Shown: positions 50,901-59,900 of the stretch, piece by piece | Layout: the number at the start of each line of letters is the position of its first letter | Numbering within the stretch: position 1 is the stretch's first letter | Assembly (NCBI GenBank): GCA_964270895.1 | Contig: OZ185439.1 | DNA: 64,000 nucleotides | Strand: one strand, 5' to 3' | Source: Podarcis filfolensis | Lineage: Eukaryota | Translations under genes and position numbers: made by a program | The notes under the pieces: generated by a model | The model's input: the letters and a program-made list of their open reading frames with translations, nothing else | The model's database searches: none | What the model was told of the DNA's origin: nothing

Positions 50901-53900
50901 TGGGTGGGCCCAGTAAGCGGTGTAGGAGCACCTGCTGCTAAAGCACTGAAGATGAGCAAGCATGAAACCAATCACTCATCTGGATGGGAGAACTGAAGGA
51001 TCCCCATGTAAAAAAAAAGCCTATTTAAACCTCAGTCATATGTGCATGGTAGACAAGTGCCAGGAAGCACAGGCAAGCCATAACTTCCTGGCGCATGACT
51101 GCCTCCACATCACATCCTTTGCAGACACACCTCTCCTTATCTGACATGAGACACACACAACATGCAGACAACATGGTTGCCGTGTAAGGTGCCCGTCAGC
51201 CCTCAGAGGGCACTTACTGCAATACTAGTTGTAACAGAGGCCCCTTATAATGGATCTTTTTGGAAAGTGAGGTGCTACTGATTTGTAGCAAGTTTTCATC
51301 AGGTATAGGGGGGACCTATCGACTTGCCTGGATTATGGTTGTCAGGATATCAACATAGTTGCTCTCCGTCTGATACAGCTCCTTCGCAACCTGCCATCTC
51401 GCAGACTGCTTTGGCAGAAAAGGAGTCGAGTTTTTGGACGGCTTTGCACATGATTTTGGAGTTTCTGTAAAGGATGGAGACACAAGACGTAAAAATTATT
51501 TATTTGGGTGTTTATTTGTGGGGGTTTTTTGTTTTTTTACAAGCAGGAAAACTACCATGGATTCTTAACAGGTGATCTATTTAAGACAACTGTTTCCATC
51601 AGATGTGTTAATCCATTTTAAATATGAAGATTTGAGTGCTCTTCCAACTTCTTAAACTCGCACAAAATAAAAACTTGCTTGAACAGGAAAAGCCCTTACT
51701 TTCTGTGCCACCATGCAAGGTGAAGTTCTATCTACCACTTTCTCTCTGCGCTATTATAATAAAATAGCCAATGCCCATTATTTTAGCAATATTACGGAAT
51801 ATACCCAGAATATTTTGATACCAGAATTTTTTTTTGTATTCTATTGTAGAGAATTGCCAAGGATCTCGGGTGCAGAATTTATCAGGAATCTGAACAGCAC
51901 CTAGTTTACCTTATTTCCATCAGTAAGATGTCTCCACCTCTACTCTTGCTGAGACAAATTTGGTTCACCTTGGAAGTCAGGTGCCACAAACGGATCCAAT
52001 CTGTACTTTGAAATCACCTTTAGTACACAACTCATGCCCCAAATTAAGTTCTGCATTACCTAAATGGTCACTGCAATCTAAAAAATTTAAGGAAATTTGC
52101 TCATCATCACCTTGCGATGTTCTCGATACATCTCTAACTGGATGATGTTCGCATAAGACAACATCTTTCAAAATTGGAATGGAACGGAGGCTTACAGAAG
52201 TTTCCTTGCTTTCGACTGGGAAAATAATGAATTTCTGAAGATTCATTTGAGGTGCTTCATTAACTAGGCTTTCAGGTGGCTTACTGCTAGCTGCCTTGAT
52301 GGTTTGTTGCAGATTTTCTAAGGAGTTTATGCAACATTTACGAGCAACGTTATCCAGAGGAATACATCTGGAAAGCCTGCATGATTTCCTCCTCATCCGA
52401 CTAAGTCTATAGAAATGAGAGTTGCCCTTCTGTCTACCAATATCCACGTTCCTCAATTCTATCCTGCTCCCTGTATAGTATTGAGAAGGGAAAAATCAGT
52501 TACTCGTGTCAGTATTCAGAAGTGTTTTATTTTTGCCACAACTATTAAGTGACACGGAGCTGGTTTTGCTTTACCTCCATTAGTTATGCCCGATTCAGGA
52601 GTATTGGAAATATCAAGTAAGGATCCCATCGAAAGGGAATGCTCAGCTGATGGCCGCTTCCGAGGTGGGAAGGGAGACATGTCTGCCTCTCTGGTCAGCT
52701 GAGCAAGGGTCTCTCTTAAGCGACGTTTCTTCCGGTTGCTATTTGGAGTATTCAGTGAAAGTTGTGAGACAGACGTTTTCAGTTCAGGACTATCTAACTG
52801 CAATGAAATATAAACATTCAGATAGTTAACTGTACTCCTTCTCTACAGCTTAGAACCACAGGAAGCTGTAAAATCCTGCTACTGAAATGAATTATTGGTT
52901 TCGCTGTAAAGCTTACTATAGCCCTTCAGGAAGGCCTTGAAAACCCAATTATTTTTGCTGACTGATTCTTTAGTAATTATCTTCTGCCATTATTGAGTTC
53001 CTTTGAGGTGATGGTTTTTCTTGTGGGGGAAAAAGTGTTTTATTTTTGGGCTGGATGCACATTTATTACTACTCAAATTTTCACAGGAGGCTTTGTATTC
53101 TATTCTATTTTGTTGTTAGAAATTGCACTTCAGTCTCTTATTGGTCTAGATCACATGACAGATTAAACCATGGTTTAATATGCACTATGGTTTAATGGGA
53201 ACAAATAGCATGGTGGTGCACACTGCTCAAAAGTTTCTGCACTGCTGCTCCCACTAACTAAACAACCCAGAATCTGGCTCATTACGCTGTCAAAACCTGT
53301 GCTTACGGTTTTTTCTCTCCAAACAAACCATGAGTGGTAGCTAAGCTTTGTTCTTGGTTTACCTCTCGTGGTTTGTTTCGGGGAAGGAAGCCACAAGCTC
53401 TGGTTCAGATGACATGACAAGCACAACTCTGCCTTGTTTCGTCTCTGGCGCAGCACCAGGGGAGGAAGAGTGCCACAAGAGCTTCTGAGCTGCGATCTGC
53501 TGCTTGTTCACATTAAACCATTGTTTGTATTAAACTATGGTTTGAGTCAACTAGTGAACCGGGCCACTGCGTAAGCTTCCCTAATTGAGTTTTACTCATA
53601 AAAGTGTCCATACATGTTTTACATAAATACAGAAACAAAAAATGCTTTGACACAGTTAATGGAACTGAAGTGTTTAAATATCATCCCAAAATTCCATCTT
53701 CTATTTCATTAATAAGCTAATACCAAGAATTGCCCAGTTTAAAGATCCCATTCTGGTTCTATAAATTGCTTTCAATATTCTAGATTTCCTTCTGTAGTAG
53801 CTCACCTTTTCAAAAAGGTACATGGATTCTCCAGCTTTGGCATCCATCTGAATGCTTCCCCAAAACCACTAGAGGGAGAAAAAACGTTTTCTGTGATTTG

Positions 53901-56900
53901 CTCAAGCATATACAACAATCCATCATTGCCAACGTTAAAAATAGCTACTGAAAAGCAAAAGCCAAGGGGTTTAGGCTTAGGATGTATTTTAAGAATCCAG
54001 GATTTTCTATTAAAACTGACCTCCTGCTTTACAACGTAGAGGTTCTGGGATGGCTCAAATGGAAGGTCTTTTACAGTATTTTCTTCAACTATGAGATGAG
54101 TACACCTTTCATCACCAACAGGCAGGTGTTGTCCACCTGAAGACAAAAGAGAGTTGACAAGATTAATCTGTTTCTTCCTAAATTCTACACTTACAAGTTC
54201 TACATTTTCATTCCAACACACTACAGTAACACCAAGGGAGGCGGGAATCTTATTTCCCAGTGAAAAATGTGCAAAGTTATTCTCAAAATATTATGTAAGG
54301 CAGGGGAGAGGAGACTTTCCTCTGTCCCTCACATGTAATCTGTCAGGGGACAGAGCCAAACCTAGCTGGGGCACATCTCTTTTTGCCACTCGTCTTCAAC
54401 ATTTCCCCCTCCTTGCCACACACATGAAATTAGGAAGAGGACCAAAGGTGCCCCAAACCCTTATTTATTCAGAATAAGAGTTTAGAAAGGAAGATATGGA
54501 AGAAACCTGAGGCTCAATGGCAAGCAGATGCAAATTTTAGAGAATGGAGAGAATGGGGAAGAGCATCTCTAGTTGGTGCTACATACTGGCTAAGAGGATA
54601 ATCCTAAATGTCCCTACTTGAAATCTCACAACTATGAACTCACTACAAGGAACTTGCTTATTTATTCTGTCTGTACTTTGGGAATAATACTGGTCTTTTT
54701 GAAGGTTAGCGTAAGGGATATGAAGATATGGAGTGCTCCAAGAACTGTAGAGCACCTACAAACAACGCTAACCATACTTAGAATAACATATTTAAAGGAG
54801 AGAGCACTAATTTCTTTCACACAGCTTCAGATTTTTGTTATTATGCATGATGCAAAGCTGGCTCTCCACATTTTTATGTTCAGGAAGCTGTACATGAATT
54901 AAAGAAAAAGCACAAATCTGCACAAATGCAATTTGAGATACAGCTTAAGCATTTGACATCTCTTCTGTAACGAATTCTCAGCATTTAGACTTGCTTTAGA
55001 TGGCGACGTCAACCTCTTTTAAGTGCAAATCAGTAGAAAAGCATGATTCCATAGATAGGTATAATAGAGGGGTATACAGTTCATTAAGCAAGTCATCAAC
55101 TGCTGTAATACATTTACAAATATGAACACTAACATGTTCTCAGTAAAACAGAGCATCAAAATCTGTAGTATCAGTAATATAATAACATGCTGGCTATTTA
55201 ATATAAAGTATCTTTTTACAGTGATAGTAGTGTTTATGTCCGGGGCACGAGGAGGTTTAAAGCATTTTATGTACATAAGACTCTTAGTGCAATAGTTTTT
55301 TCACATTTACCTTGCATTTCTGTCATTTCTTCCATGCTCTTCTTTTCTTCGTCAGAGAATCCAAGAAAACTCAACATGCAGTCCTGAAATGGGGGAACTT
55401 TAAATTCTTTCCTGAATTCCTCAGCAGCAGCACAGAAGTCACTAAGGAGTGGGGGTGGGAATGAGATGAGGGATTTAAACCTTGTTGCACCATGTTTTCC
55501 TATGCAAAAAATGGTTTCTGCTCACTGTCCTGCACGCAAGTGCAAATACCAATGCTACTTTTAAGAATGTATACATACATGTCGTTCCTTTTCTCCCAGG
55601 CCTTATAAATCCAGTCTGCTTTCATGATGGGTGTGCCTAGACTCACAGCTGCCTGCAAATCAGCAGAGAAAGAGGTTAACAGGTACTGTTCCTCTGCAGA
55701 CTGAAAAAGAGAATGCCCTTGCAAAGGCTTACTTAGTACAGATTACAGTATTTCACAAAACACAAAAATCTATGCTTGATAAACAGAATTAACATTTGTG
55801 GGCTTTTTTAATTTTTTTAAAAAAGATCTGTACTTTAACACTGGATGTTAGTGGAAGTGTGGCAAGCTCACAAAATTGAATCCATGGACCCCTATTGAAA
55901 CACAAAGTTCAAAGAACAAAGCAGGTGAAATCTGGCCTTTGGAGTCAAACATTATAATAGTGAAACATGCACCCACATATTCATATTCCAACACCAAAAC
56001 ATGGTTTGGCAATACTCAGGCTTGCACATTCCTTCCTCCCACCTTTCTTTTGCAGGAAGGCATTAGAAATTCCTGACTACACACAGACCTCATGACCAGA
56101 GGGGGTCAGATTCTGCTCCCATGTAATAGAAAAGCTTTATTTAATGGCAAGCTTTAATTACGTAAGTTGATTAGTATACATGCTCCTTCAGGAAATATTA
56201 AAACAATTGAATTGCTTCCTTGATTCAAATAACAGGGGGAATGGAGCCAGATCATTGGTTCATCTAGCTCAGTATTGTCTACACTGATTGGCATAGCCTC
56301 CCCAGGATTCTAGACTGGGTACATACAGTCCCACCTGGAGATGCCAGGGACTGAACCTGGGACATTCTTCATGCAAAGCAGATCCTCTACCACTGAGCTA
56401 CAGTCCTTTTGCAGGAGGGGGAAGCCAATGTAAATCAGATTTTCAATCAATGATTTATGTCTATCCACCCCAACATTTTGGAAGGGAGCCATATTATCCA
56501 GCCCTCAATAAATCCATCATATATATGAATATGGACAATTCATTATTTTACTACGCCATAAACGGAGGATCAACTGTATTTAAAATGATTTAGATAAAAT
56601 AGATGTTTGCTCATGGAAGACAGCTATGGTATACTTCGCTGCATTCCTGTGGGAAACGTAGACACAAGTGAGATTTCATTTTAATATGGCCGGGTGCAAC
56701 AAAACCAGAACAAAACTGCTGTCCAGTTACAGTATTAAACATTTTCTGCCACTGGGTCGTAAGGCAGCTCCATAAGAACTACTGTACTGCATTCTTATAC
56801 CTCCAGCTGACAGCACCAGGCTGCAAGTATAGGCTTTGCAACAGAATACTTATCTACATGAATTGTATCTTCAACTGCTTTGGAGTTGACATTTAAATAA

Positions 56901-59900
56901 AAAGTTATGCAACTTCAAAATGCCACTCTAATACACCTCCAAGACAGCCTTCAAAATATTGAAATGCCTCTTAAAATAAAGACGCACAATCAAAAACTTT
57001 AAATGCAAAATCCATTTACTCCTGCCCACAGCTTAATGTACATACAATACTTATCATCCCTTTGCATCGCATGCCTGGTATATGCAAAAAAACATAGTCT
57101 GCACCCAAACTCTGAACCAGAAAGGGAAATGAACATACTCTGAATTTGCCTCCTTGCGTAGAATTAGCCACCAAATGTGTAACTTTTGAATTGAAATCCC
57201 GTCGAATAATCCCTCCCATATGATGAGCCAAAGTCACCAGCTTCACCTATGAACAAAATTGAGCTCCAGTTAGTTTTCTATTTATTTTTTAAACAAAATT
57301 GCTATTAGACCAAGGTAATATGCTGTCTGCAATTCAATGTACGAAGCAACAGTATTCCCAGCCATTCTCCTTTCAGTTTACGTTGCAAATTTGGGTTGTA
57401 AAATGGTTACTTCTCTCTTTAAAGGCATTCCTGCACAGGAGGGTCAAGAGTTCGGAACAAGGTTTGCTTAGGGGTGCTTTGCACAGGAGAGTCAAAAATT
57501 CATCCTATGAACCTGGCAATTAAGGGGAAGCAGAAGCAGATGCCTACTCTACTTCCAATTGGCTACAGTGTTGTGAGGGTAACTGAAAAAACTGTATACG
57601 AGTTGGAACGGTCCGAAGCCTAGTTACTCACCCCATAAATGCCATACTACTCTACCACATGGAAGGAATAGGTTAAAATCTAAAACTTTAAAGGAATGTT
57701 TAGTGAAGACACCCAGAGGCAGAAAGAGAAGCTAACTACTTGCTGACTGCAGTGAGTTAACTCCACTAATCACAGTATTACCCCACAAACATTTGGTACT
57801 TTTAACCAACTTGTGTCTCATAATTGTATTCCTGTCTTCCATAGGAGGACCCCATGTGGTGGTGTATATGGCATTAAGCCCATTCTGTTTATTTCAACTA
57901 TTTATATACAAAAATTTCCAAGCAGTGTGCATAAAAATCACAGAAAGCACATAACAAATAAAAATCAGCAGATAAAATCAGAAAATGCCCTTAAAATGCC
58001 TGCAGGAACAGATACACATCAAGTCTTCACGTTGGACCAGTCCCCATCCCACAGCTGAATATCCCTCAGTGCTGAGTGGAAGCTTGAAACCAGATGTCCC
58101 CATTTCATGTCCATCACACTATTCCCTTTGTGATTTTTTAAAAAAAAAACTTCTTTGCACATTCCTCAAGTGGTGCTGCTATAGCAGTCAGTTCCAAACT
58201 CCATTCGGATCTCCACTCAATATTGCAACCTCTTCAACTATTATTCAGTGTAGGTGAACTATTCTAAGGGGCATGGAAAAAAGACAATCTTACCAATTCT
58301 TCTTTCTTTCTGAATCCTGTGAAGCATAACACAAGATTCAGCATACTGGCACAGTACAATGGGCGGCATGAGAAAGGCAGAGGCTGAAATAAAAGTAAAC
58401 TGGTTAGTTGTCACAGAAGACACCCCAAGACAATTAAGTAAGCTTGTGTGAAAATCATGCACTTGAAGGATAAACCGCCACCCATTCAGGGAACTAGGGG
58501 ACTGGTTTAATCAAACCTACAGCTCTATAGAAGTCACTTCCTGGTTGTTTCTTCCTATACTGTTCTTGTTAACATCTAAATGAACAAGTCACATTTACAA
58601 GACAAAGGACGCTAAAGCTAAAGACTCCCTAGGGAGGAGGAGAGATTTGTGTGGGAAGAAGAAAACACAGTTATAGCAAAGTAAGAAAAGGACCACAGAC
58701 CTGATCAGAACCTCCTGTATTAACATGTTTTGTTTAGTGTACATTTTCATTATGGATGTATTTTTTATTATTCCCTAATAAACCTGTTAGCCTTTAAGGT
58801 ACCACAAGAATCTTTTTTTTTTTTTCAAGTATTAGATGCACAATAGAAGTGTGCTTCATTCAAATGTTGCACTAATCAGAGAGCCACATGGTAAGGTGGA
58901 AAAATGAGTGAAAACAGATCTGTCAAAGGTTATGACTGTGTTATTTAGCACAGACATGGATCAAGAATCCAACGTGTATCCCAAAGGCAAGTGAATAAAA
59001 TACATTTTTAAACAGGTCCCAGTTTCAGGAGTTACAGGGGAAGCCACGATTGTATCCAAATATATGCATGTCTAAAACAGAAGCTAGCCACCATTTCAAG
59101 ATCTCTTACAATGTATATTCTTACCTCGCCTTTTCTGGCACAGTGCAGTACTATTGGGGGCCCAAGGACTCTGCAGTCAGCTTTGTGCAAATCGTTGAAA
59201 ATGGGATCTTGAAAGTCTGCTATCACAAAAATGGTCTCAAATTCTGGCGAATCGGAATTCTTATACTCCTCCACTGAATCCGTCTTTATGTAGGGCACTT
59301 TAATTTCCTTCAATTGTTTACAAAAAAGTCAAGTATTATTTACAATAGTAAAGCTAACAAAAATGTTTTTCTGCCTATAAGTTGTATAGCAGGATTATTT
59401 CAATAAAAATAAGTATGAGTTAGAAACTGCCCATTAAATTTGAAGCTAGCTCAACAGAAACATGACTCCTTTTTTGCAGATAGAAGCAAAGAGTTTTAAT
59501 AGTTAAATCAAATTTGAGTTCTAATTCATGAGCATGAGATACATCATCGTAACAATCACAGGTGTACATCAATTCAGAACCAATGCCAACACCCCAAAGT
59601 GTCAAAGCTTCGATTCAGCTAGCTCCATTGTGCACCATTCACTACTATTGTGCTTTTATATTATCCATATACCAAGTGATGAGATTGTTGATTTTGCCCA
59701 CTTCTGTCCCAGTAGTGCAAAAGACTGCATGCAGATATGTACACGTAATTGCCCCAACATACCATATGGATAATACTTTTAATAAGTTTTTCTTCCGATT
59801 TACCAGAACTAGCTTCCTTTATCTTTATAACGGGAACTTCCATTATCTTAATGGTCTGCAGAAGAGGAGAACTTCAGTATGAGAACGAAATAATCCAAAG

